Source: Iphione sp. A-MEVVRFRX5
Lineage: Eukaryota
Direction: 5' to 3'
DNA: 33,000 bases
Assembly (NCBI GenBank): GCA_976226885.1
Contig: OZ320313.1
Coordinates: forward strand, 149,482,001 to 149,515,000
Every line of letters starts with the position of its first letter. Within the stretch, counting starts at the first letter, position 1. The notes beneath the pieces are model-generated. The model worked only from the letters and a program-made list of their open reading frames with translations. It was not told the origin of the DNA and ran no database searches. Of the stretch, positions 1 to 11,740 are shown piece by piece. The translations under genes and the position numbers were made by a program.

Positions 1-259
1 CAGAAACCGTCCAGGATGGGTTATCTACTGCTATGGATTAGTAACTCATATGCTTTTATAGTGAAAGACATCTGGTGAAAATATGTAAGTCATTAACCTA
101 TGCAATCCATGAGGGGTAGTTATGCTTTCGGATCTGTAAGCATAACTTTAGTATTGATACATTTGAAAAGGGCCCAAGGCCAGGTTTCCATGTGTCCAGT
201 CTTTTCTTCTGTATATGGAAAGGTCAATCATTCTACCCTTTTAGGTAGCGCCTGTATCT

Positions 260-580
260 ATTGTAGTGATTATATCTCACGCCTCTGGGTATTTGTCCTT
301 GAAGTCCTCGGGCCCCTCACTCCCACCGATGAGATGTCCCTATGGAGGTGATTGACCCCTCTCCCACCCAATTTGTAGTATAAACCCACTGATTTGCAGT
401 ATAAACCCACCTATCTCACACCTCTGAAATGCCCCTTTAGAAGCACTTGATGCCTCTAGCCTGTCCCTATTAGAGACTCTTCCTTAAACATGATTATATA
501 GGAAATATTTGGTTCTTTCCCAAACTGTCCCTATTAGAGACGTGTCCCTATTAGAAGCATGTCCCTATGGAGACGCTGCA
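260..580. repeat. Non-autonomous DNA transposon (MITE-like) remnant with repeated TGTCCCTAT(T/G)(A/G)GA motif
   Basis: TGTCCCTAT occurs at ~335, 471, 525, 543 and 560. TATCTCAC(G/A)CCTCTG and TATAAACCCAC are each duplicated. Termini are not clearly paired. Confidence 0.4.
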
Positions 581-1243
581 CAGAATAATGTGTGGTAGTG
601 TACTTTTGGTATTTAGTGCATTGGTGTAACCTGTATATGAAGTTACTGCATACACACACGTGCTGTTCACACATGGGGCATATACTACTGTATTATACCT
701 TACACAAAGGTCAATCATACACACATGTATCGTGTCTACTAAACTGTCAGGGGTGGCAAACAATATTTTGTACCCACAGATATATATGTGCGTAACAGTA
801 TGTATGTATGAATATAGATTCTATTTACATTTCGGTCTTACACACTGACATAATGTCTACGCCACTCTCACAGCTAGCTTACTATGTTATATACTCAGAT
901 GTTTACCATTAGGAGTTAACATGGCGTCGACAAGAAACACGTTTCAAAACCGGTAGGAATTCTTTGTTTACTTAATATGTAATCACTCAACATTCTGGAA
1001 GCTCCAGCGTTTGCCCTTAAAATCCTCCGTGGGAAAGGATTTTTATAGAGAGCGGTTTCGAAAATTTGGATAATGCACTTCACAAAAAGAACCTTTTTAA
1101 ATCCATCGGCTTGAAGACAGTCATATTAACAATATTTTAGTTCTAGAAATGAATAGTTGAATGTTTGTTCATTGTCCTCTTTATACATGTACAACAGAGT
1201 CTGCAAATGCAGAGAAAACTCCTAAATAGTTTATTAAAATTAG

Positions 1244-2367
1244 TATTATGGGTCTCTTACTATTCTTTATGGTCATCAATGGTGTACATGTAGTATGGTT
1301 CCCAATTGTGACAAAATCCATTCTATATGCAGAGGATTTCACCGTGTGAATTGTAAAGGGGACTTAAGACATAGGTAACTGGACAGTAGAGAAAAGGCTC
1401 ACGAGAAATCATGTCAAGACGTTTGGAAGAAGTAAGCCATTCAGGTTAGATCTAACTATGTGCAAAGGCAAGGTTTTTACAATATATTGTGGTAGATGCA
1501 GTACCATATCCCTTCTGGCACAGACACTGTGTCATAGATAGCTAGTTGCACTGGAGTTCAGAATGCCAGAAGGTACTCCGGTACCTCAGACTCCGGTGTC
1601 CAGCTTCTGTGATCCAGGAAAAGGTTCCCAGAAGGTCTGGTGCAGTTGTGATTGTGAAATATGATGACCCTGTCGTGAAAGCTTTTTAGGGCTCTGACTC
1701 TATAGTAAAGAGGGTTCAACTGTAAATAAATACACACTGTCGCCAGCACTTCATGAAGCAGGCACCAATATCCCCTGAGTATACCAAGTTAACCAGATTT
1801 CACTAGTTAAATTTATTCTTTTGAAAAGTTTTCATTAGATGCTGACATAGTTCCTCATCTCAAAGGCATGTTAGAATACAATGATGACATTTTGAAATGG
1901 GAAAACATGACGCAAGATGAAAAGAACAGTCAAAATTACAAATTGTTATTTAGCATGGGTCACTTCAAGCTCACTCTATCATTCAATGATAGAGCCCAGC
2001 TGTTTGACATTTTTCTTCTGATATTTGACTATGACTGGTATTTGACTATTTCTTTATGAAACACAATTGTTAGATGAATTGCAGTTTCAGTGACACAGAG
2101 CAATGAGGTGACTATTCCTAAACAAAAACAAGAATCATATGAACACTATCTTCATTTTGACTATCTCCTTAAGAAAGGACCTTAAGAAATCAACAGAAAG
2201 TCATTAGAGAAAAGAGGCAGAAACCAGCTCACGGATCTCCTACAATTGCATCACTAGCTCTATCTGCTTTCTCATATATAGGACCAAGAGACTTAAACAA
2301 GTTGCTGTGTGAAATACTGGGAACATATTGCGAAAATGGAGTGTACCATAAAGACACTTGGCCCTAA
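1244..2367 (+). pseudogene. Disrupted ORF(s) of unknown function; N-terminal part is Cys/His-rich
   Basis: 1811-2257 frame +2 (FEKFSLDADIVPHLKGMLEYNDDILKWENM...) has 3 stops in ~149 codons, then shifts to frame +1 (PTIASLALSAFSYIGPRDLNKLLCEILGTYCENGVYHKDTWP*). Upstream fragments read YGHQWCTCSMVPNCDKIHSICRGFHRVNC and YPFWHRHCVIDS*LHWSSEC. Confidence 0.4.
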
Positions 2368-2575
2368 TTAAGCTTTCTTTTTTCTCATGTTTTTGGAGGG
2401 TTAGGTTCGGATGAGGATATGCATTAAAAGGGACCCTCTTTCACTGAGGAACTTGGTGTAATAATTACAACGAGAAGTAAAAAAACTTATCTACAATCTT
2501 AACATGTACCTTAGTCGTTCTTGTGGGAACATAAAACTCAGCCACAGAACAACTCGGCGACATGACAATTCGAAG

Positions 2576-3262
2576 ATGAGCATGGTAAGATTTACAATGA
2601 CGGTCAAGGCTAGGATTAAGGTTAGCTACAGCAAAGGTTATATCATTCAGTTGTAGCGTCAGTGAGCTATGACTTCACTGAGTTGCTCTTTGTCCTAGCC
2701 CTTCGTAGGCAATCTCTGTGTCTTAATGGTAATCTGATAAATCTATTTACATCGCAGTATAACTCCTACCGCTTAAATTTTAACAGAACATATATTAAAT
2801 GAAAGCGGATGGTATAAGGACCGCAGTGGTGTATTGTATGGACCTATAACCTTATTCACTGCTAAGATATTTACAAAACAAAAATAAGATAAAACCTTCT
2901 ATTGGTACCAAATTCAGAGTGAGTCGGGTAACCAGACACCTAGATCTTTTTGAAACAGTCCTTTCCTAAAGCCATTATAGTGTTTCCAGAACTACAGTGT
3001 TTGTTTTCAAGAACTATTTTAGTGAGCTGATGTTGGTATTTTCCGACAATACATTGTTGCGATGGTCTGACGGCCCGATCGTAAGCAGTCCTAGGATATA
3101 ACCCTGATGAACCCACACTCTATACGTACACTAGAGGCGCCAGGCGCGGGGGGAGGTAAACTCTTTAGTGTAAATCAGACCCTAGCTAGACCTGTTATTA
3201 TCTGTGAGAGGGAAGCTGGTGGTGATCCTTTTTAGGTTCGGATTGAATTTTCATTTTATATG
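2576..3262 (+). pseudogene. Disrupted ORF of unknown function (~230 codons)
   Basis: Chained frames: MSMVRFTMTVKARIKVSYSKG / SYDFTELLFVLALRRQSLCLNGNLINLF / KADGIRTAVVYC...FSDNTLLRWSDGPIVSSP (2 stops in ~120 codons) / GKLFSVNQTLARPVIICEREAGGDPFRFG. Needs 3 frameshifts. Confidence 0.33.
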
Positions 3263-3574
3263 ACTGCGTTTATATTAATCAAGTACTATTTGCTTGGATA
3301 ATCTATGTAATATGAAACTTAGAAACAATCCACGGAACTAAACTAACTACGGGTCTGTGAATAAGTTTAATGAAAGAAAACACGCAATGAATCCTCAATA
3401 GTCGACAACAAATCTTAAAGGTCTCTGTACATCCATACACACGTAACGCAGTCACCATGTTATAAGACCATTCAAAACCTCATCAACCTGCTTTTACTAG
3501 TAAACACTCATGCACTTCACAGGGGCCTGCTACTGGCCGGATCATTAGATCTCGCTGGTGTTTGAACTACACAT

Positions 3575-5030
3575 TACTACTTAACGCTCCTTAACACCTG
3601 GTTTGGCTTCTGGAATTTTCGTGTCAACATTTGGCTTCATGTCTGATAGCTCCAGCCCCAACCCGAGGTCTGGCTTGTTGTGAAGGAGGGCGGCGGCTTG
3701 AGGCATGTTTTGACAAGGAACACTTGGCATGGCACTGTTAATTGATGGTTAAAGTTGATCTCTAAAACAGGTCGATTCCATGTCCAGAGGTGGAACTATT
3801 TTTAGATCTCCCATTAAGTTCACAGCAGGAAATTATCTCCTACTTTTGTTTGCTTCCTCGTCCTTTTTCTTACATCCCCTCCATTCCTTTGGACTTACAT
3901 TTATCCTTTTTTCTTCTGCGCCGTTTCTACTTTAATCACTTATTTTGCTGCGTCTGCCTGTCCTTGCCTTGTCTTCTACGGCTATTTGCTTTCACACTCA
4001 CTGTGTTTTGCGACTCCTGAAATTCAGCTGAAATATTTGAATTGAGCTTCACTGATTGGCAGCAAATAATATGAAATCATTTTCCGAGCAGACGACACAA
4101 CTGACATGATAACTGACTTTGTTTTTATTTAAGGTGGAAACCTTCATTGGTCTTTCCGCTATAAATGTTTGAGGATATCGCGACTTCATCATAAGGGGAT
4201 TTCTCCTCTAAATACCGGAAGATTTCATGATTTCTTCGCAAATACATGGATACAAAGTAGCGTTACATCTATCTTAATGACACCCTGTCATTACAATAAA
4301 TCTTTACTCACTCATATCTCGCAACATGCATTCACATCCTGTCGGATAATGATATCAATTAAATCACTCTTCTCATGTGTGCCCTGTCTTACATGAATGC
4401 AGCTCCCATATGTATTACATTAGAAGCCTGCTTAACTATATAATGCACGATGTCCGTTATACTACTTAAGGCGCCTATCACATGTGTGCGTTTTCCTATA
4501 TACGTCTCCGGACGTGTGTGCTGATTTTATCCGCCCTATATAGGTTATGTATTGAGATCGTTCACATTTTTCGTTTCCTACGCATACTAATATCTGAACA
4601 TTTTGCAGTAAATGTTTGTTGTTTCTTACTTGTCCTATAACAGTATGATACAAGACCGCTTCCTGTATATCAAAGCTCATTATGGCGTCTACCAATGTGG
4701 AATTCTAGGGCACAAATTTAACTGAAAGGCGGCCTTTCCATGTGTGGACAGGTTATGATATCAAAGCAAACTGTCTTGCCCTCTTCAACTCTAACTGCCG
4801 CAAGGCGAATTTACATTTGAAAACTGGAAATATCGCGGGAAAAATCATTAATGCACGAGTGTGATAATTCGTAAAAAGCAATTTTAAAAGTATACGTATT
4901 ATGTACAAGTGAACATCATGCCATACTTCTTGACACAAAATCTGATGAAAATTTCTTAGGTGAAGTATTCGGAAGTGACAGTAGAACCCTGATCATATTA
5001 CAATTTCTTGTCTTTCTTCAAATGCGCCAT
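3575..5030 (-). pseudogene. Possible disrupted ORF(s), basic/charged in the distal part
   Basis: The minus strand is purine-rich. Fragments include IRLAAVRVEEGKTVCFDIITCPHMERPPFS, MYLRRNHEIFRYLEEKSPYDEVAISS and NLMGDLKIVPPLDMESTCFRDQL. Many stops and shifts. Confidence 0.28.
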
Positions 5031-5076
5031 TTCAGTCTTTTTCTTCTGATGTGCCTATTATTAAGATTATTATTAT

Positions 5077-5442
5077 TTGGCAAGGGGGGTGGGGGTTTCT
5101 AACGCCATTCTCCTACAACACCCCTCCCCCATTCCCTCCCCTTTCGAATTCCTCTCCACCACTCATTCTCGAGCCTGTTTAAAATCCGTCATGTTCCACG
5201 TGCCGTGGAGCTGGATCCCATTATGTGGCAGCACTGTATACAGACACCAACCTGCAGCAGACATTGATTTTCCCCGAAAACTCTTAGACATAGCAGACAC
5301 AACAAAGAGGCGCAGACCACAGTCCATCAATAAAAATTAGCGGTTTCCATTGAAGCTCGGCACTCGCTATGTTACCGGCCATGTTACTTTAGCTATTGGG
5401 GCATGCTGGGGCGTTCCTCTTTGGACGATGAGGATTTTATAG
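5077..5442 (+). pseudogene. Short frame with one internal TAG, unknown function
   Basis: Frame +1 is open for 122 codons except TAG at 5338-5340 (…VMFHVPWSWIPLCGSTVYRHQPAADIDFPRKLLDIADTTKRRRPQSINKN*RFPLKLGTRYVTGH…). Confidence 0.28.
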
Positions 5443-5819
5443 TCATTTATTCACATAATCATTGGTTATCATATAAATATGATCTGTAAGTCATTTGATC
5501 TTGAAGTGTTTCCACTCTGACTTTGTTCCACGTCTATTGTTAATGACATATCCAGCTATGTACATGTATTAGGTACATATATCATATTGCTAAGCCTTGG
5601 ATTTCAAACCATCTCCTTTTGGTTCCGAAAATGAGGCATTACAGATATTGATTACTATTTATACAGTAAAAAGCAAACTAGTGTAATTAAAATTCATTTG
5701 GAAATGACATCAGGGGTCTGCAAATATGAAGGTTTGATTGTGCATTTGTAGAGGAGTGCGGAGCTACGTCACACCCTTGTGCAGTGGAGCAGAACGATCA
5801 GAGCAACCACACAGGTGTG

Positions 5820-6080
5820 CTGTACTCTATGTGTATGGGGCTGTCCATATAGGTGTGTACAGGTATTTATGTGTGCATGTGGGTATATGTATGTGTGTAG
5901 GGTGTTTAGGTGTGTATATTTGTAAAACGTGTGTATGAGTGCTTAAAAAGCTGAATAAGTGTAGATATATGTGTGGGCATATTTCCATGGGCTTGTGTAT
6001 GTCAGTGTGTAGGTGTATGTATGGGTGTCTATGTATGCTTATGTATTGTAGCGTATAAGTGGTATGTACAAATAAAATGT
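5820..6080. repeat. GT/AT-rich low-complexity tract (degenerate TGTGTA)
   Basis: Degenerate TG/TA dinucleotide runs are visible directly. Confidence 0.85.
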
Positions 6081-6205
6081 GCAGTCCGAATGTTTCCTCC
6101 AAAAGGGTTTCGGAGGATAATCCTCTGAAAACAGGCCACCGGTGGTGTTAGGTGGGTAGAACATTCTGGAACCTCCTTTGATTCAGAGGAGGTAGTTAAT
6201 TAAGT

Positions 6206-8181
6206 ATGGATGGAAGGTTCTAGAAGCATCCCTCCAGAAAGATCTTAGAGGAAAGGTGTTGATTGTTACTATTTTAAGAATTACTGTTGCATAACTTTGG
6301 CTAGTTTTAGAGCCAGCCTCTGTATATTCATTTTTTCATTTAGCCAGGAACTAGATATTCTCTATCACATGACAGAGCTCTTCCATATCCTCCTGGGGTA
6401 GCATACTACCATCTATTGTTGAGAATCAAGAGACCAGAATACCGGAGTTACCCCCTACTCTCATTTTAAATAGGTATCTGGGGTCTTTTTTTGTGCATAG
6501 GGGACATAAGGGACACATTTTCTGAATAAAGACAGTTCTCATCCAGATTTGGAAGTGAGCACACCGAAAGCATATATTGTGTGGACATTCTTTATTTCCC
6601 AAAAGCCATCCATTCTGAAGACAAGCGACATGTTACAGTATACAATGGAATGTTGCCAGTCTGGACACCCTTGGTACTGAGCTACTACTGGCAGTCAAGT
6701 CCTGTTGCAGAACCAGCTGGTTTCAGGCCGATAAGTGTGAGTTACAAAGAAGTGTATAGTTTCAGTAATTTCACTTTGGCTATACCAGCAGGTTAAAATA
6801 CTAGGTTCATTGAAAGTGCTGAAGCAAATTATATTCCCCTGGTTACTGCTACAGGTAACAGAATGGAACACATTGGAAAGTGGAGAGTACCTCAGAGCAA
6901 GAATTACCTAACCTTTTTACATAACACAAGGCACCACACATTCTGGCATACAAGGATGGGGCTATAGTTCTGAATATCCGTTGGATGGAGAAAATGTCGT
7001 GATGCACTTTCAGGTTGAGGTGATGAGCCTTCAGGCTGAATAGGAGATGCTGTGACTGCTATGACTCATATAAATAACACTGCTGCCTGGAACCTCCTCT
7101 GTTTTCAAGGCCTCTTCTTTTGTCAAGGCAAAACTTGCCAGATACACTTATCATGAATATGGCACCTACATCTGTACACCAGTGACATCAATTGTGCTGA
7201 GGGATAAGCCTGGCCAATGCTACCATCCGCCATCAACCAAGTGGAGAAAGGCAAATGTTTCTGTGGTTTACTCGTTAATAATATGAACAAGAAATATAGC
7301 TTCAAAGAGGAAAAGGTTGTAGCACTATAAGAGCTGGTTGAAGGTGATACAGCAATTTCTTGGGTAAGTATTTCAATCAGGGAAGCTGACTGTGGAGGTA
7401 AGGGAAATTATTTCAGATAACATAAAGGGTAGTTTTGCTATATTAATTGTTGTGAAACAACTTTAGCAGCATACAAGGAGAACTACCAGCAGTAATGAAT
7501 TCTTGCATTATACCAAGGGATTTGAGCAAGGTTAAAGAGCTTTGTAAAATGTCCATGACTAATAAGCTGAAACTGCTACAAGCCAAGTGTGTCTAAAAGG
7601 GACACTGGGTAGTGGCCAAAAATGAAGGTTTGTACTTACGGAAATTGTATATGGATGTGGATGTTAAGGAACCTGTCATTATCCAGTCTCCATTCATTGT
7701 AATACCTCTTGGCTCTGTGTGTAGGGCCATTTCAAACAAGTTTGGCTCGCCCATTTAGTTTGGAGACAGATCAGAATATGAGGTGATCCATGAAACCAGA
7801 AAAAACCAATCCCGTCAGATATAATCTCTCAGGGGTCTTAGTATCACACTGGACTTTCACAAATATCCTCACATTGCAAACCGGTGTATAGCTAATCTAA
7901 TCAATATGCTTGATGCTGCAAATGATAAAAATAGGCCTGAACTATCATCATATATCCTGTTTTTATTAATTGCTGCTCTTATTTTGTCACTTGTATTTGC
8001 TATTATCGTCTTACTGCTTAAAAAATAAGAAATTTTTAGACTGGTAGTGAATAAAAGGGTGCCACTTATCCAAAGCAAGGGCACCACAGAGAGTTCTGCT
8101 AAACCTCCAAGTACTGAAGGTTTGCAGGATGATACATCCAAATTGTCTCCAAATGGTGCTCCTCCTGATGCTTCTGAATGA
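6206..8181 (+). pseudogene. Viral envelope-like type I membrane glycoprotein, probably class I fusion (F-like) protein, disrupted
   Basis: Frame +1 7456-8181 has only 4 stops in 242 codons (7594, 7756, 7822, 8026). It contains TM YILFLLIAALILSLVFAIIVLLL-KK (7951-8025) and a ~50-aa hydrophilic tail. There is a hydrophobic N-terminal stretch (VLIVTILRITVA*LWLVL, ~6256-6310) and sequons NFT, NNT, NVS, NFS. The Cys region reads EADCGGKGNYF..FCYINC / LPAVMNSCIIPRDLSKVKELCKMSMT...HWVV...PFIVIPLGSVCRA. About 5 frameshifts are needed. The F-family assignment is from recalled motif similarity only. Confidence 0.72.
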
Positions 8182-8426
8182 AAATCTATGAATGAACAAT
8201 ACTCTTGGCAGTGTTGCTGCTCATTATGCTACACATATAAAACATTGCTTGAAACTAGAATGACCATGGGGAGGAGGTCTGACACAGATGTGTATTAAAA
8301 CAGAGAGAGTATTTTTTATCATAACTTATGGATCAAGTGAAAACATTGCAAATGAACACAAATTCTATATACTTTACCTTGGTTTTAGCTGCTTAAATTA
8401 ACAAAAGAACATTACATTAAATTATT

Positions 8427-9120
8427 TTCTCAGTAAAGCAAGTACACAGATATATTCCTACACCCCCTTGTGCTCAGCCAAGCAGAACTGGGGGTTGTAA
8501 ACTTCAAAGTACAGACTGCCATGCATGTGAACTTTGCACCCACAAGTGCTGAAGGTGCTTGTATACTAAATAATGGTATTACCCTTGCTACTTTTGATGC
8601 CCATGTCTAACTCTTCTTTGTGGCCCATTATAAGCAGAGCTGTAAGGCTGAAACGTGCTAGCAATGGACTAGACAGTAGTCTATGAGGGTAAAAGGATGT
8701 TTCGCTCAAGCCATACATTGATGCCATTGCGTCATATTGGATAATCATGACACTTATTAATGTTACAGCAAGGATTCCCTGCTGTTATTGAATTAGTGCA
8801 CAAAGACTTTGGAGATGCACAGAATAGAGTTTGTTAGAGACATTACAACAACTAGGGGAGACTGTGTGACAAACACAGAATGCACTTGAATGGTGTGCCA
8901 ATTGCGGAAGTTAATTGAGTGTTGATCAACTATGAGGGCTTTGTCATTTGTAGTATTACAAGATTTTTTTATACATGTATTTCGGGTGTACAATCATATC
9001 TACATCTAATCTACTTACCCTGATGTACCCATTATCATTATTATATAGCTACTTACTCTCCTGCCAGGCTGTCTCTATGTAGAGAGGTAACTGCTGCCAT
9101 TAGCATTTCTTTTTACTATT
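8427..9120 (+). pseudogene. Possible disrupted ORF downstream of the glycoprotein
   Basis: Fragments: KYTDIFLHPLVLSQAELGVVNFKVQTAMHVNFAPTSAEGACILNNGITLATFDAHV* and QGFPAVIELVHKDFGDAQNRVC...HLNGVPIAEVN*VLINYEGFVICS. Confidence 0.3.
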
Positions 9121-11023
9121 GATAACATATACACAACTCATCAGATGAATTCATATTTGTATGTTGAATAACGCATATACCGGTAACACGTGTGATTACT
9201 TCCAATAACCAGGCCGTTGATTTCCACAGTGACGTAACTTCTGGAACTAAATCAACTTGAGTCTTTTGAGTTCTTTTGTGACACCTAAAACATTAAAAGC
9301 TTAATTACATATGATAGATAGTAAAACGTGGCATGCTCTATAGCTTATCCTTTCTATTTATAACACAATAAAAATATAAGTGGAAAGTCATGAATGTATG
9401 ATTCAATTCGAAGTTTAGCCCCTTCCCGACTATAAATAGACAGACTGATCGATTTAGAACGATAGTATTTGCATGCTGGTTCTATTGTGATAATTATCAT
9501 GGGTTCACATTCCTTTAGTGGGTGAAGGTCAAGGAATATAACTAACTCTTTCAATATTTTTGATGAAAATTTCGAAATGAAAATACCTGTGTGAGAGGGT
9601 TACTATGATAAAGGAATAGCTCTCCTGCTGAAACCTCTTCCATCATGGAGGACCTCAGGAGAGTAATGAGATATAAATGTAATAAGCATTGTAGGGTTAA
9701 ATTAATATGTATATAGATTAGCCCTTCACAAATAAACCCTTGGTTTTTTTTTAATAGAAATGTGGCAACTTAGACATCTGTCTGAGAATCTTAATGTGTC
9801 AATAATATAGTTTTGTAGCTGAGAAGAATTCTTAGGTCAAAGGTCAATGCCATAACTTTTGTCAGTAAATTTGATGAAATTGGATAGATAACCATGGCAA
9901 AATTATATATTCAAAATAGACAAAAAGGGTTAGATATGGTCTGAATGTATCCTCCAAACCGTAACCAGCATTTTCATATATCATTTGTACTATAAAAATT
10001 CCACTATGGATACACATCTATGACATAAAAATCTTTATTTAACACGGTCAGGATTGTGTTAGCCGATAGCTTTCCTGCTAATGTAAGATTTATACCTATA
10101 CATTCGTCCACATCAGCAAGGAAATATAATTATCTCTGGTGGTTACGAATTGTGAAAGTTATATCCAGGTATGCAGTGGTTTAAAATGCTGGTCTTGCCA
10201 AGATTATGAGAGCGTCTCGGTTCCCTTCCGATGAACTGTGTTCCAGGGACTCTTGTCTTTGTTGCTAGGCAGCTGTCGCCACCATTGCCAGGCATAGTCA
10301 CTAGAAGCAGCAGGCGTTGAACTCAAACCGCCCCCGCCCCTCCAAACCTCCCATCTCTTCACCTTCCGCTGGCCTGTTCTGCCCCAGAAATCCTTCGGCC
10401 GGTGCGCTCTCATGCGGTGAGGGTTTGCGAGGAGTTGATTTTGATGGATGTGGTCACCTTCCCTTCTCCACGGTCTCTCCAGGGACACAACCCGATCTTC
10501 TCCGCCTCCTCTGCTTCCACACTACATGTGCGTTATAATCTATTCACCCTGCCTCATTTTCTCGAAGACATTTTTGACTTTCCACAACTCGTATGAAGCA
10601 AGTTCCCTTTAATACTATTTTTTTCTTTTCTAGCTACACGGCCAAGCTCCAGTATCACAAACTTCTTTCTCCACACTGGTGCCTAAAACTCACATGATAT
10701 TTCGGTGCACCTTAGAACTGCCAATATCGCACTTTCCTTTCTGCGTTTACTGGTTACATGATATTGCGGGGTACCTTAGAGATTCGCTCCTTGTCCCTAA
10801 TGGCTTCATCCCCAAAGACTGAATGATCATTCTTGCCCCTTCCACCCATCAATCCTTCTTCCCAACTCCCCATCCGCTAATCCACCTCCTTTTTGTCCCG
10901 CCCCCCCCCCCACAACCAAAAGACGTCACCCATATCTCTCTCGAACGCCTCTTCCGGCCAACCCACCTCTGCCGCCTCCAGGGCCTTCGCCCCCCGCAAA
11001 TCCTGTTGACCACATCTCCCGCC

Positions 11024-11102
11024 CCTCCTCCTCCTCCTCCTCCTCCTCCTCCTCCTCCTCCTCCTCCTCCTCCTCCTCCTCCTCCTCCTCTTCCTCCTCC
11101 TC
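11024..11102. repeat. (CCT)n / (AGG)n microsatellite, about 25 units with one interruption
   Basis: Directly visible. It explains the poly-P and poly-R ORFs in the supplied track. Confidence 0.97.
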
Positions 11103-11595
11103 TTTCGCCAGTCTTTGGATTCCTTCATTTCATAAAACGCATTCCTTATAACGTCTTCCTCTCACACGCTCCTTCTTTATCTCTTTCTCCTATACATCTG
11201 TAATTCTCTTCCTGCTACACTTCCGTTGCTTATTCTCCACTCTGTGCTCTCTCTTTTAATGATGTGTAGAATCTCTTCTCCCTTACCAGTACATATTCCC
11301 GTTCCTTTCATTCCATTTTGGTCCACGACCCCCGAGATAGATGTACGTGTGTGTATATGTTTGTGGACCGCATAAATGAGTCTGACCTTCCCGTATATTT
11401 CACGGCTGCCCCGCCAGATTTTACTTGGATTTTATGTGACTGTTTCCCCAGGAAAAGGAATAGGCTTCACGAGGTGAAGATATCTACAGATTTTGTACAG
11501 TGTTCTCCAAGTGACCTATATCAAAACACACATGTTCTTCCTCCATATTCACGAGATTGTCTGCCCGAATTCGGTACAAATACATGTGAGTTGAA

Positions 11596-11740
11596 NNNNN
11601 NNNNNNNNNNNNNNNNNNNNNNNNNNNNNNNNNNNNNNNNNNNNNNNNNNNNNNNNNNNNNNNNNNNNNNNNNNNNNNNNNNNNNNNNNNNNNNNNNNNN
11701 NNNNNNNNNNNNNNNNNNNNNNNNNNNNNNNNNNNNNNNN
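11596..11740. other. Assembly gap (145 N)
   Basis: Run of N. Confidence 0.99.

Noticed and set aside
551-848. Overlapping short ORFs rich in C/V/Y/T/H
   Set aside because: Products of TA/CA/TG low-complexity sequence. The same applies to 5738-6102.
2364-6204. TAATTAAG at 2365 and 6197 as possible negative-strand RNA virus gene-junction signals
   Set aside because: The motif also occurs inside putative ORFs (~18049, ~25735) and is common in AT-rich DNA. Genes lie on both strands, unlike mononegaviral genomes.
10823-11203. 126-aa poly-proline ORF (+) and 83-aa poly-arginine ORF (-)
   Set aside because: Openness is caused by the (CCT)n microsatellite. Not evidence of a formin- or protamine-like gene.
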